A DNA stretch of 63,197 nt, counting the filler, from Aduncisulcus paluster (taxonomy: Eukaryota): the NCBI GenBank assembly GCA_024181965.1. It is 5 parts of 5 records of this genome, joined end to end, with 100 filler letters (N's around TTAATTAATTAA, not from the genome) between each part and the next. Parts side by side here need not be neighbours in the genome. Positions count along the whole stretch, not along the records: positions 17,450 to 39,402 come from BQXS01012757.1; positions 39,503 to 57,051 come from BQXS01012758.1; 3 more parts are not named here. One strand, written 5' to 3'. Both the position numbers and the translations under genes were made by a program. The notes under the pieces were generated by a model. It had not been told where the DNA came from and ran no database searches. It saw only the letters and a list, made by a program, of their open reading frames with translations. Shown here piece after piece: positions 36,472-48,148 of the stretch (position 1 is the first letter of the stretch; each line of letters opens with the position of its first letter).

Positions 36472-38607
36472 ATGTCACAACCCGTGATTACAGCTTGGAA
36501 GAAGGATTACTTTGTGCAGTTGGCGAAAGATTATAAAACATTGATTATATTTCTGCGTGAAAATCCCTAGTATGTCTATCTCGCAATTCTTGCTTAGTTT
36601 CAAGATAATTTAATATTTTGTTCGGTTTTTAAGTATTTACATTTATATTAATGACCCATTATCCCCTTTATTTTCATCATTCCTAACCATATTGATAGTG
36701 TTTTAAAAGTCATCTCGAATGAGGTTCTTCCATCTCAATGTGAAGGTCTTCCCCAACTAATTCTCAAAGCATGTGGTGATACAAAGACATCTGTTGCAGT
36801 TACTAATATTTTACTCGAAGCAGAATTCGATTTTGCTCGTAAAGATCCAACCATCTTTATGAGAGAACGTTCAAGACTCCCCAACCGAGTTACGGGTGCT
36901 TTCGTTCTTCAGCGTGCTCAACCTCATCTGCATCATATGCTTCATGGCCTTGTGATGGAGATTATGGACACTCGTCGTCTTGAGCTTGAAGTCGATCCAG
37001 ATAAATACCGTGGCAACATTCTTCAGACCCAGCGTCGACTCGAGTCATACGCAGACAAATTTATGACAACAATTTTCACCAAAGAGAACGCCCGACTCTT
37101 CCCTCGCCCTGTTCGTGCTCTTTCCCACCATGTGGCCAAATTAGCCATCGATCTTGGTATTCCTGAACGTAAATACCAATTTGTCGGTAACCTTATTGTC
37201 CTACGATTCATTACTCCCGCCATTGCCATCCCAGACTTTTATGGTGTTTGTACTGCTGGAAGAGCTCCAACCACCCGTGCCCGAAGGAATCTTATTCTTC
37301 TTTCCAAGCTTGTCCAAGCAGTTGCCAATGAGAGTAAGTTTGGAGATAAAGAGAAATTCATGGTGCCATTTAACGTTTTTATTGATCGTCATTCCGAAAG
37401 AATGCGTATTTTCCTTGACACTCTAATCACTCTTGATGAGTCTGAGGAAGTTTCTACAACTGGTGCCGATGGAGAATCCAAGCCCAGCATTGATAAAGAG
37501 AAAGGAGAGAAAGGAGAGAAGGAAGAGAAGAAACCCCTAGAAGAAATTGTGAAAGAGGTTACTATTTCTGAAGAAAAGAAGGAAAAAGAAGAAGAAGCCA
37601 AAGAAGAAGGAGAAACAAAGCAAGAGAAGCTAGAAGGAAAAGGAGAAAGAAAGGGAGAAGGAGAAGCAGAATCATCCAAATATATGAAGAAAGAAGAACC
37701 ATTCGAAGCCAAGAGACAGCATCTTGCCCTAGAGGATGTTGATATAACCCAGTACAAACTTCGAGAGTTGGCCATTGCTCATCGTGTTCTCAACAAATAC
37801 TTAACGACCATTATCTCGAAGCTTCCAAAAGTAGCCCCTCCAAAAGAAGCCGAGAGAGAAAGTATGAACCTTACACAGCTCGTGCATACGTTACCTGTTG
37901 TCCCATTCATTGGCCCAGAACCTTGGGTAGATATTCGGGAGCCCAGATTGAAAGAATACGAAGTCGTTAAGGTCAATAGTCGTGGTAAGAAACAAACAAG
38001 AATTATTAAGTTTACTGGTGTGTCTTTATTGAATATCCATCGCAAAACACCCACATCAGAGTCTTGTACGATCAAAAATGAATTATTAGTGCCAGAAATT
38101 CATGAGATTGAAGCCAAACCAGATCAGAACATTCTCAAACTCTATTTTAGTGATATGAGCGGTAAGATCCCACCTTCTCCTGGGTATTTTCCTTCCAGTG
38201 AAAAGGCTGATCTATCATTTCCACGTATATATGAGTGTCCCAACTCTCATATTCGCGATGAAGTTCTCGGAGAAGTGTTTGAGATGTGTTTCAGTTCGTT
38301 TAATATTACAAGCACTGGATTGAACAATGTATTTGAGGTTGTGAAGGTTAACAAGACTGGCAAACATCAGAATCGAGTATATAAATTGAGCAAGGACTCA
38401 TTAATGAACTGTTCTGGAAGCTCTGTGAAGAAAGAATATCATTTCGCTACCCTTGAATATGCAAGGATAGACGAAAAGGATAAGAAATGTGTGTGGTTAA
38501 AGGTTAAGAGAGAAGATGATGTCCGTCAACACTTCTTCATGAGTGATGAAAGTGCCCATGAGTTTGTAAAGCAGATAAATGATGGAATCCAGAAGTTTGA
38601 AAGGTAG
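36472..38607 (+). CDS. RasGAP-domain protein with tandem C-terminal PH-like modules; two exons (36472-36569, 36699-38607)
   Basis: TIFMRE, LELEVDP, LRFITPAI, RRNLILLSKLVQAVAN and KEKFMVPFNVFI are RasGAP motifs. Splicing GTATGT(36570)...CTAAC...TAG(36698) joins the two exons in frame. Confidence 0.9.
36570..36698 (+). other. Spliceosomal intron (129 nt)
   Basis: GTATGT donor, CCTAAC branch-like motif 11 nt before the intron end, TAG acceptor; splicing preserves the frame. Confidence 0.85.
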
Positions 38608-38613
38608 GTATCT

Positions 38614-38680
38614 GTTCTCTCTCACTCTCTCTCTCTCTCTCTCTCACTCTCTCTCACTATATATATATATATATATATAT
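38614..38680. repeat. (CT)n/(AT)n microsatellite
   Basis: Direct reading. Confidence 0.9.
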
Positions 38681-39402
38681 GCTCTTTTTACAATTTTACA
38701 TTACATTTTTTGAATATTACACACATTTCCATACGTCTTTTTTGTCAATAATGCCTATTTTTAGAGTTTATTAATATTTCTTTTTGGATTGGAATTATGA
38801 TCTACCACTTTATGATAATTTTTTCCCCTTTTGATTTTCTTTCCGACTATGAAACATGAATACTATTCAATGAGTAGTACTATTCACCATAGAATGGTCA
38901 ATGGCCATATGGTCATTCAAATATCTATAATTTCTTATATATAAGTTATACTATAACTTATAAATTAGAAAATTAATTTTTTGGTGAAATACAAGCTTTC
39001 TCATTTTTCACTTTTGACAATAAAGAAATGAATTGGTTAACAAGTTAGCTGATATAATAAATCGTTCAAATACAGATATTTATTTTACCGCACTCAGTTG
39101 ACACCTTCATGCATGAGTGTTTTATGCTCTGACAAATTCAAATTTTTGAATTTATATTCTACACCATGTTTTATAAATAATAGCCATAATAGAAAAACAA
39201 AATAATATAAGGAAAGATATTAAATCATTTTTTATTCACCCAATAATTATATTTTACAATTGCCTTCGCCAATAGCTTTTTTGTTTTTTGTTGACCACGT
39301 AAAGGAGAGCAAAAGTCTCTACACGTTTTAAAAAACCGCTCGATGCAGGCACCACTTGCTGAACCACTTAAACAATGTTGAACAAAATATCCAAAATCGC
39401 TA

Positions 39403-39502
39403 NNNNNNNNNNNNNNNNNNNNNNNNNNNNNNNNNNNNNNNNNNNNTTAATTAATTAANNNNNNNNNNNNNNNNNNNNNNNNNNNNNNNNNNNNNNNNNN
39501 NN
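39403..39502. other. Artificial contig linker
   Basis: N-run + TTAATTAATTAA + N-run. Confidence 0.97.
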
Positions 39503-40826
39503 GACGGACAGATCCATAGGGTCGTTTTCCAGGAGTAAGAGTTTCAGAGGCACCCATGAGATATATGGGACATAATCCAGACTTCTTAATCAGAAGTGGA
39601 TATTGCATACCAAATGACAAATATTGACACAACTCATGTTGTACTTTCTCAACTATATTTAGCTTTTCTGCAGGGTTTTCTTCTTTGGGGATGCTTTCAT
39701 CAGATCGGGATAAATATAAAGTGGCATCTGATTCCGACTCTTCTTCATTCTTCTGTTCTTCTTCCTTTCTTCTCTCTTCTTCCTTTCTTCTCTCTTCTTC
39801 CTTTCTTCTCTCTTCTTCCTTTCTTCTCTCTTCTTCCTTTCTTCTCTCTTCTTCCTTTCTTTTCCCCTCTTCTTCCTTTCTTCTCTCTTCTTCCTTTCTT
39901 TTCCCCTCTTCTTCCTTTCTTTTCCTCTCTTCTTCTTGCTCTTCAATCTTCTGCCAAGCTTCAGCTCTTCTCTGCTCTTCCTTCCTCTTCTCCTCCTCTT
40001 CTTTCCTCTTCTTTTCCTCGGATTCTCTCCATTCCTCTTCTTGCTTTTTTTCTTCAGCTTTCCTTCTCTCCTCTTCACTTGGTATTAGCACCGAACTCCC
40101 ACCAGACACAGGCTCTTCAGGCTGACCAGATAAGCCAACATATTGTTCATTCCTGGATTTCCCTTCAGCAATATCCAAATATATTCCATCCTTTGAGCTA
40201 TATGAAAAGGATGGAGAATATTGCTTTGACGAAGATGTAGACCTTGGGGATGGACTCACAACAGAAGGATAATTTGAGTTTCTGAAGGGCTGCCTGGAAT
40301 TACCTCTATATGGAACCCCCCAACTTGATCTTCTTGATTCTCTACTATAAGAATCTGAGGAGATTCGTGGAGCTCCAGCTCTAGTAAAAAATACGGATGA
40401 AATCCGAGTCTTTTCAGTCCTTCCCATTGTCAATTTATGCTGGATATCACAATACAAAACCCCAGGAACATTAATATACAATTCATGCCATTCACCAGTA
40501 GTGAGATCAGATGGGGAATATCGAAGTTTCCGCTTAAGTCTATACTCAATGGATATTGCTTGTTTGTCAGAATAGAATTCAAGGACAATTAAATAGGGCG
40601 AGTCGCTCTCATATGAGACATAGATATAACCCCGAAGGATATGGGCAGGCTTAGGATTAAAATGGACACGGGAATAGGTAAAATCTCTGCTGTGAAACGT
40701 TTTTTCCATTGTTTTTCTGTCATATGAAGTGTAATAAAGATTTGACACTGATGGGTTATCATATGATATGGGAGGGTAAGCTAATCCTGCGGTTGATATA
40801 ATCTTAGATTTACGAATTAATGACAT
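39503..40826 (-). CDS. Hypothetical protein of an expanded lineage-specific family (beta-rich N-terminal domain + EEERRK repeats), 3'-partial
   Basis: Open from ATG 40826 to the contig edge. N-terminal domain with LRGYIYV...EWHELYINV...ISSVFF; 18-bp tandem repeats at ~39755-39930. Confidence 0.75.
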
Positions 40827-41071
40827 AAAATACCTTTAAATTCCAATTTGGTTTAAAAAAATTACTGTTAATAAATAAATATACGTCCAAACATAGCTCT
40901 CAAGAAAACAAAGACAAAAACAGCCATTGAGTTAAAAAGTTCAAACATACACTACGATTCAGAGATATAAATACGTTATTATAAAAATTAAATGCAATTT
41001 AATGTTTCAATTAATCCATTAAGCGAAGGAAAAAAGGAAAAGGATAATATCATTCCAGTATTCGAATAAAA

Positions 41072-43317
41072 TTATTTATTTACTTTATCTTTTAACAAAT
41101 CTACAACTGCAGAGCACATTTTCTGTGAATATTCTCGAAGAATACTTTGCATTGGATCTTCACGAGTCATTCCAAGTTCTCGATCGATCATATTCCGAAT
41201 CTCTATAAGTTCCTTGTGGATATATGATTTACCCTCTTCTGCGACGATTACACTCTTTGAAAGGTCAAGCATACTCTTAACGCTGGCTTTAAGACTAGAA
41301 ACAGAATCAGACAACTTTAGATGAGCGGGAGAGTCTAAGGCTTGCTGTCGAGGATTAGAAGACACAAACTGAGGAAGACAAGAGAGGGTCGATGAAGAGT
41401 ATTTGAGAGAATCAGCCTCTTTCCTCAATCGTTCCTCCTCTTCCTTTTCTTTTCTTTGACGTTCTTCTTCTTCCTCTTTCTTCAAACGTTCTTCTTCTTC
41501 CTTTTTCAATCGCTCTTCTTCTTCTTTCTTCAAACGTTCTTCTTCTTCTTCTTTTCTCTTGCGCTCTTCTTCCTCTTTCTTCAAACGTTCTTCTTCTTCT
41601 TCTTTTCTCTTGCGCTCTTCTTCCTCTTTCTTCAAACGTTCTTCTTCTTCCTTTTTCAATCGCTCTTCTTCCTCTTTCTTCAAACGTTCTTCTTCTTCCT
41701 TTTTCAAACGCTGCTCCTCTTCCTTTCTCTTCTTTTCTTCTTTTTTCTCCTCTTCTTTTTTCTCTTGAGATCCTTCCTCCTCTCCTTTCCTCCGAATTTC
41801 ACGCCAACGACACAAGAATTCCGGAATCCCAAAAGAAATAACCTTACCTAGAACANNNNNNNNNNNNNNNNNNNNCTTTAAGACTAGAAACAGAATCAGA
41901 CAACTTTAGATGAGCGGGAGAGTCTAAGGCTTGCTGTCGAGGATTAGAAGACACAAACTGAGGAAGACAAGAGAGGGTCGATGAAGAGTATTTGAGAGAA
42001 TCAGCCTCTTTCCTCAATCGTTCCTCCTCTTCCTTTTCTTTTCTTTGACGTTCTTCTTCTTCCTCTTTCTTCAAACGTTCTTCTTCTTCCTTTTTCAATC
42101 GCTCTTCTTCTTCTTTCTTCAAACGTTCTTCTTCTTCTTCTTTTCTCTTGCGCTCTTCTTCCTCTTTCTTCAAACGTTCTTCTTCTTCTTCTTTTCTCTT
42201 GCGCTCTTCTTCCTCTTTCTTCAAACGTTCTTCTTCTTCCTTTTTCAATCGCTCTTCTTCCTCTTTCTTCAAACGTTCTTCTTCTTCCTTTTTCAAACGC
42301 TGCTCCTCTTCCTTTCTCTTCTTTTCTTCTTTTTTCTCCTCTTCTTTTTTCTCTTGAGATCCTTCCTCCTCTCCTTTCCTCCGAATTTCACGCCAACGAC
42401 ACAAGAATTCCGGAATCCCAAAAGAAATAACCTTACCTAGAACATACATTCTCAACGTCCCAAAAATAGATTTTTTTGATGCTTTATGCTCAGTTGTAGC
42501 TTCTCCATCTTCTTCTTCACCGTTCTGTTTCTGCAATTCCTGAGAATCATCTGAGCTATTTTTAGATGAGCTATTTTTAGATTTAATCGAATTATCATCG
42601 ATGGAACCAAATTCTGTTTCAATCCATCTGTCAGTTCGAGAAGAAAAGCCAACAGGTGCAGACGAAATTGCAAATGAAACACCAGAGAGTTTATGCAGAA
42701 TTCGACCTATTCCACTGATCGTCTCAACACCAATAATACTCCCATCGTCTAAAAATAGAATGAGAAACGATGAATAAGAATCAAAATATGATGATATGAC
42801 CGAAGGTGATCTGAATGCGACAAATGGTCTATTTTCCGAACAATGTCTCTTTGAACTTCTCATAATAGAATGTAACCCTTGACCTTTCAAGGATGACAGC
42901 TTGGATTTCTCCCACTTAGCCTTTGCTTGTTTCCATTGTCGATATCCAAGTCTGCCTAACCGTGTCGATCCTTTCCCTGTCGCTCCATCTTCCTCGACAC
43001 GAACTTCCGCTATTCTTCTGGTTCCCAGAGAGTTTGAATCAAAATACAACAACCAGTGGGATTTGATATTCGGACTCCCAGTGGAAATAAGAGAAGAATA
43101 CGAGGATCCTGACCCTTCAACGAACGATATCAATAGGCAGATAACATTGGAATCACTGGTGATCGATAATGGATCCAGTTTGGATGGAATGGAGGTGAAG
43201 GAAGGGGGAAGAGAAGTACTGTTAAAACATACACTCCACGGTCGAGTAACATCCACTTCCTCTTGCTCCTGATTAGCATTTCCTGTCTCCCCTTCTTTCC
43301 CCTCTTCTTCCTCTTCC

Positions 43318-43349
<32 letters not shown>

Positions 43350-46295
43350 TTCGTATTCGTATTCTTCACCATCTTCTTCTTCATCTCCTTTAATCCGGCA
43401 TAGTTCATCCCCGTTATCCCCAGAGAGATTCCAAACACCGATTACACCCTCATCGCTGACTGCACTTATCCTCGCCACAGATGTCCGCACAAACGTTCTA
43501 GTGATTCGCCTTATATCATTTACCCCTTCTTTCCTTTCCTCAGAACCAATATCTTCCATTTTCTTTGTTCTCTTCGCTTCACCCGCCCAGCATAGAGAAT
43601 GTAATTTGCTAATACCTATGAGATGGGACAAACTATGAGTATGGACAAGAGAGTATGAAACATCTTCCATACGATTAGGATTAGTATATTCTTCTTGCTC
43701 ACTTTCAACATACGGGTTTTCATGTTTGGTTACAAGTGGATTTGAGACAACTCTTTGAGTGCTCTTCAACTTAACAATCTCAAGAGTGTTATCAGTTCCA
43801 ATAGCAATAAATAATTTGTCCATAATTCTTTCATTTATCTTCACAAACTTCACGGAAGATCTTTCCTCTTCCTCTTCCTCCTCATCTTCCTCCTCTTCCT
43901 CCTCTTCCTCCTCTTCTTCCTCTTCTTCTATTTCTTGGGCATAGAATGATGTGACACGCATAGGTATCAACAGATCATCAACATTCGCAGCATCTTTCCC
44001 TTCTTTTCCTTCCTTTGAGAGAGAAGCGTAATAAGACTTCACATTAACACACCCTAAAGTCTCCATAGAACTTTTATCCAGTACACACACATTGAAGCCA
44101 CTGACGGAGACAATATAGTTTTTTGTGTCACAATATGCATGTGGCAGAACAGTCACTGCAGCTCTGTGTGAACTCATAGATGGGATACCAGCAGTAGAAG
44201 AGGTTATATCCATGCTCTTCGAATGGAATCCTGAGGCACTTGTCGTCAACTGCGATGTCGAAACAGAGCGCTGTTGTCTAGAATAGAGTGGAGACACCCA
44301 CCTTCCTCGGAGGTTGAGAGACGGGAGCGGAGGAGAGAGAAGAGTCGGTGTTTTCAATCCTTTTAATTCAGATGACCCATCTACAGGTGTCTGAACAGAT
44401 AAATAGGATGAGACATCAGGAGATAGATAGCGAGTAAGAATGTAGTCACTTGAATCGTTCTCAATGATTCGACCATCTTTCACACGGCCAAACTCAGATT
44501 TTGCCCCATGTTCATAAAGAACGTGCTGTTCCCAATTTGACAATGTCTGACTCCACTTGTTGATGATTCCCCTTCGATGACAGGAAAAAAATACAGCAGA
44601 TGAGGAGTCTTTCATGCGATCACTTTGTTCTTTATGGTCCAAAGCTTTCTCTTCACTTCTTGTTTCACAACATTCACAACAGGGCAAGATAGCACTGACA
44701 TCATCACCTACACCCCTTGCCTCACACACACATGGAATCTCGGCTATCCGTTGGGGCGTTGTGCTATCAAACTCATACACACATGATGTACCATCGTTGA
44801 AATGGCAGTTAAGGTATTGGGGATATGATTGAGGAGTCTGTTCAGATCCAAGTTCTCCAGGAGTGGGTATGGACGGAGCGGGGATACTGCCTTTCTTTCC
44901 TTTCGGAGGATGTGGGAAACATACCCCAAGTGCAATACAATCGGCATAAATATTAGCATGTGAGTGGAGTGTTTGTACAGATCCAGGAGTTGACACCACA
45001 GACGAGGGACGGCTAACGTGGGGAATCAGTGGCATCATCCGTTCAGCACCACGTTCTTCTTTCTCAAGCTGCCTCTTCCTCCTCTCCGTAACACTCAAAC
45101 AGAGAGACTCAGGGTCAACAAATGAATTGATTGGAGAAGGACGAGTGAGGGTCCCGTAATATTTGAGCTCTGCCGCATCAAAAAGACGAATAACCCCATT
45201 GCTCAGAGCCACCACAGCCCATACCTTGAAATCTTTCATCGGAACAATTCTCGGGTCTGTCTTGTTCTCCAAGGAACGAGTCTGAGGCATCAAAAGAACA
45301 TCAAAGGCTGTCCTTTCCTTTAAATCTACCCATCTAAAGGCCTGTTTGTTCTGAATATTAATGATACAACCACTGTGAGTCACTGCAACAATCACTCGCC
45401 CTAGAGCATCACCGCCAAGTTTTGTAATAATGTCAGTCTTATGGGTACCAAGCTCACACGGGAATAAAGAGAAATTGAATGCCGGAAAACCTGATTTCTC
45501 CTCGTCTTCTTTTTCTCCAGAACCTTCAGCAGAGAGGGAAGGAGAAGAAGCAGAGGATGCTGCTGAGAGAGGTTTTGGAGTCGGTCCTTGAACAATGGGA
45601 CCCGTTGGAATCGGAGTATCAACACATTGAAAGAGTTCATCAACAGACATTGAGACAAGACTTAAATGGAATGAGCCACCGACGTAGACATGGACAGAAC
45701 GTTCAGCAGGGACATATGTCACATGAAGACAATGAATATCCGTAATAGAACCACGGGAGGGTGTAGTTTTAACATGTCTTAACAATTGGAAACTCTTCCC
45801 ATCAACTAAATTTAAATGTAAATATGTGTCATTTTTATACGCAGAAATAACCAATAAAATCTCCCTTGAACGTTCATCTCTCAAATGAAATCCAATAATT
45901 TGATCAACTGATGGAAAGTGAGCTCCAGAAGAACCCAAAGAAGTCGGAGGAATACCATCCAACTCTGGCTGTAAAATAAAAGAATCTGACGGAGATCCAA
46001 GATTAATTTCTAAATTGCTACTGTTTGGTAAAATTCCCTTCTTTTTTGAAGTATTGTAACGTCGAATAGCTTTCGAAATCGTACTAAACTTAATAACTTT
46101 TATCATCCCACTAGAAGAACCACATAAAATAAAATACCCATCTTGAGAAGTTGAAATAGATGATATGCAATCATAATCGAAGATTTTGCAAAGAGCAATA
46201 GGAGTGGAGAGGTCTGGACTCTTGTATATCACCAAACTTGATAAATATGATGCAAATACAAATCCACCATCATGAGTTACAAACTTGTTAACCAT
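41072..46295 (-). CDS. Divergent WDR62/MAPKBP1-like WD40 protein with acidic tracts and an E/K/R-rich helix
   Basis: AVTHSGC...RWVDLK, ALSNGVIRLFDAAELKYYGTLTRP and YADCIAL resemble WDR62/MAPKBP1 blocks. 41289-41855 is duplicated at 41876-42444 across the gap; the real stop is at 41072. Confidence 0.65.
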
Positions 46296-46653
46296 TAATT
46301 AATAGTTATCAAGCTTTTAAAGCAGAGTATTGTGACAAGATCCACCTTTTCCGATACTCCTGCCTACCGAAGAATAATTCATTTAAAATTAGCATAAAAT
46401 ATACTATAATATCAATAAAATCCTCAGTGTAATATGTATACTTCTAAAAAAGTATGTATCACTGAACTAGCACTTTTCATTTTCAAAATGAAGGAAGATC
46501 TTTCTTATTTATTTTTTTGAGAAATGTATTAAGTAGACATTGGTAATTAGAATGAATCCGGACAACATGTGACAGTAGATCGGTTTGATCTGGGTAGTAA
46601 TTCGATCGTCATCGAAAAAATTTATTTGTTTGTTTTTGTCAACAACTAACAAT

Positions 46654-48021
46654 ATGTCAACAATATCTTCTGAATTTTTCAAAGCTCTTGTAGAAAAGCA
46701 AGAGAAAATTGGCGATGAGTTTTCAGCTCTTCCAATTATCTTCCGTGAGATTATTGTCCCTCCCAAAATGAAAGGTCGGTTACCAGACGTCTCCAAAATT
46801 GAATTTCAGATTGAAATTGTCGCTGGAGAAACCCCCAACATCGTTAAAAGATCCTTAAGTCATCTTGTATGGCTTCGTGCTACTTTGGCTTCCACACACA
46901 AGGACAGACACGTCGTCCCAAGTATTCCAACTGCAAAGTATTTCTTAGACTTGGATTCAAATATGTTGGGTGATGGTGCTAAACTCTTTGATACTTTCAT
47001 GAATATTATCACTTCTCACCCTGTTTTACACCTTGATCCTGCTCTCGAAGGATTTTTCTCCCAAACACCTGACGTACTCGATAAACTCGCTAAGACTGTC
47101 GCATCCTCTGCCGTGAAAGATTTTTTCACCTCAAGTCCCGATTCCATTGCTGATGTTGCCTCTGTTGCCCGTACAGCTGTTGCAAGCACCGCCTCTAAAA
47201 TTGGTAAGTTTGGTGGAAAACTGTTCTCTAGTGTTAAATCCGCTCTTCAATCCCGTGGTACTGCCGCCCAAGATGCCGTTCACGACGAGAGTTTCGGTGG
47301 CAATCCCGATGAGACTGAAGAAAGTGAAGATCTCTCCTCCGTTACTGTTGAAGATGTGGACACTTCAAGGTATCCCTCGGCCGGAATTATCCAGCGTCAC
47401 AAGGAAATGGTTAAATACACTCAGGGTGTTGCTTCAGCCTTCCTTGAGAGTTACAAGGCTCAGTTCAAGCGTTCCCAGAGCATGATCAAGGCCCTCGAGA
47501 AAAGCACTGATGGTGTCGATCATCTCCTTGTTCAGTCCGCCGTGGATGTCCCTGAGGGCATGGTCCCCCTCTCTTCATCGCTTCTGACGATGAAACCCAA
47601 CCTTGAGCTTCACAGATCTTTCCAACAGAAGAAACTCCAGTCCTCTATCAAGTTACACCTCTGCGTCACTGCTCCTCTCGAGGGGATCTTCTACCTCTGC
47701 AAAGAATTGCACTCTTTGATCTCCGCAAAGAATCCTCTCGTCTCCAAGATCGAATGGGAATTGAGGAAGGAGATTTCAAACGAAAGAAAGGCCATTAAAT
47801 TCGAAAATGGACAATCAGCTCTTCCTAGATCAAGTCACGCTTCAAACGCCGTCAAGAAACGCGAAAAGGCCAAACAAGCCAGAACTGCCGGTGAAACCCT
47901 TGCCACAACATATGCTGAATGGTGGGCAACAATCGAACCCGAAGTCAAATACGTGAGTGCCAAAATTAAGGAGATATTGAGCAAATCTTCTGCTGCCGAG
48001 GTATCTTGCGAAAGTGAATAG
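46654..48021 (+). CDS. PX-domain, sorting-nexin-like protein (PX + helical/BAR-like region)
   Basis: VKRSLSHLVWLRATL...VVPSIP...FMNIITSHPVLHLDPALEGFF fits the PX fold pattern, although the usual RRY is altered. Confidence 0.7.
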   Translation: MSTISSEFFKALVEKQEKIGDEFSALPIIFREIIVPPKMKGRLPDVSKIEFQIEIVAGETPNIVKRSLSHLVWLRATLASTHKDRHVVPSIPTAKYFLDLDSNMLGDGAKLFDTFMNIITSHPVLHLDPALEGFFSQTPDVLDKLAKTVASSAVKDFFTSSPDSIADVASVARTAVASTASKIGKFGGKLFSSVKSALQSRGTAAQDAVHDESFGGNPDETEESEDLSSVTVEDVDTSRYPSAGIIQRHKEMVKYTQGVASAFLESYKAQFKRSQSMIKALEKSTDGVDHLLVQSAVDVPEGMVPLSSSLLTMKPNLELHRSFQQKKLQSSIKLHLCVTAPLEGIFYLCKELHSLISAKNPLVSKIEWELRKEISNERKAIKFENGQSALPRSSHASNAVKKREKAKQARTAGETLATTYAEWWATIEPEVKYVSAKIKEILSKSSAAEVSCESE

Positions 48022-48148
48022 AAAATTCGATATATCTCGAATAGATATATCTCTTATTGGATAGAATACATCATGATTTGGATTAAATAAACGTTTCGTT
48101 TTCATATTTTCGAAATTTCAATTTTTCGAATCATATAGACTTTTATTC

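Noticed and set aside
39596..42440. Phe/Ser/Leu-rich plus-strand ORFs
   Set aside because: They are antisense shadows of E/K/R-rich coding repeats.
41072..42444. Separate 247-aa ORF 41072-41815 duplicating the WD40 gene end
   Set aside because: Gap-flanking overlap; it is the true 3' end of the same gene.
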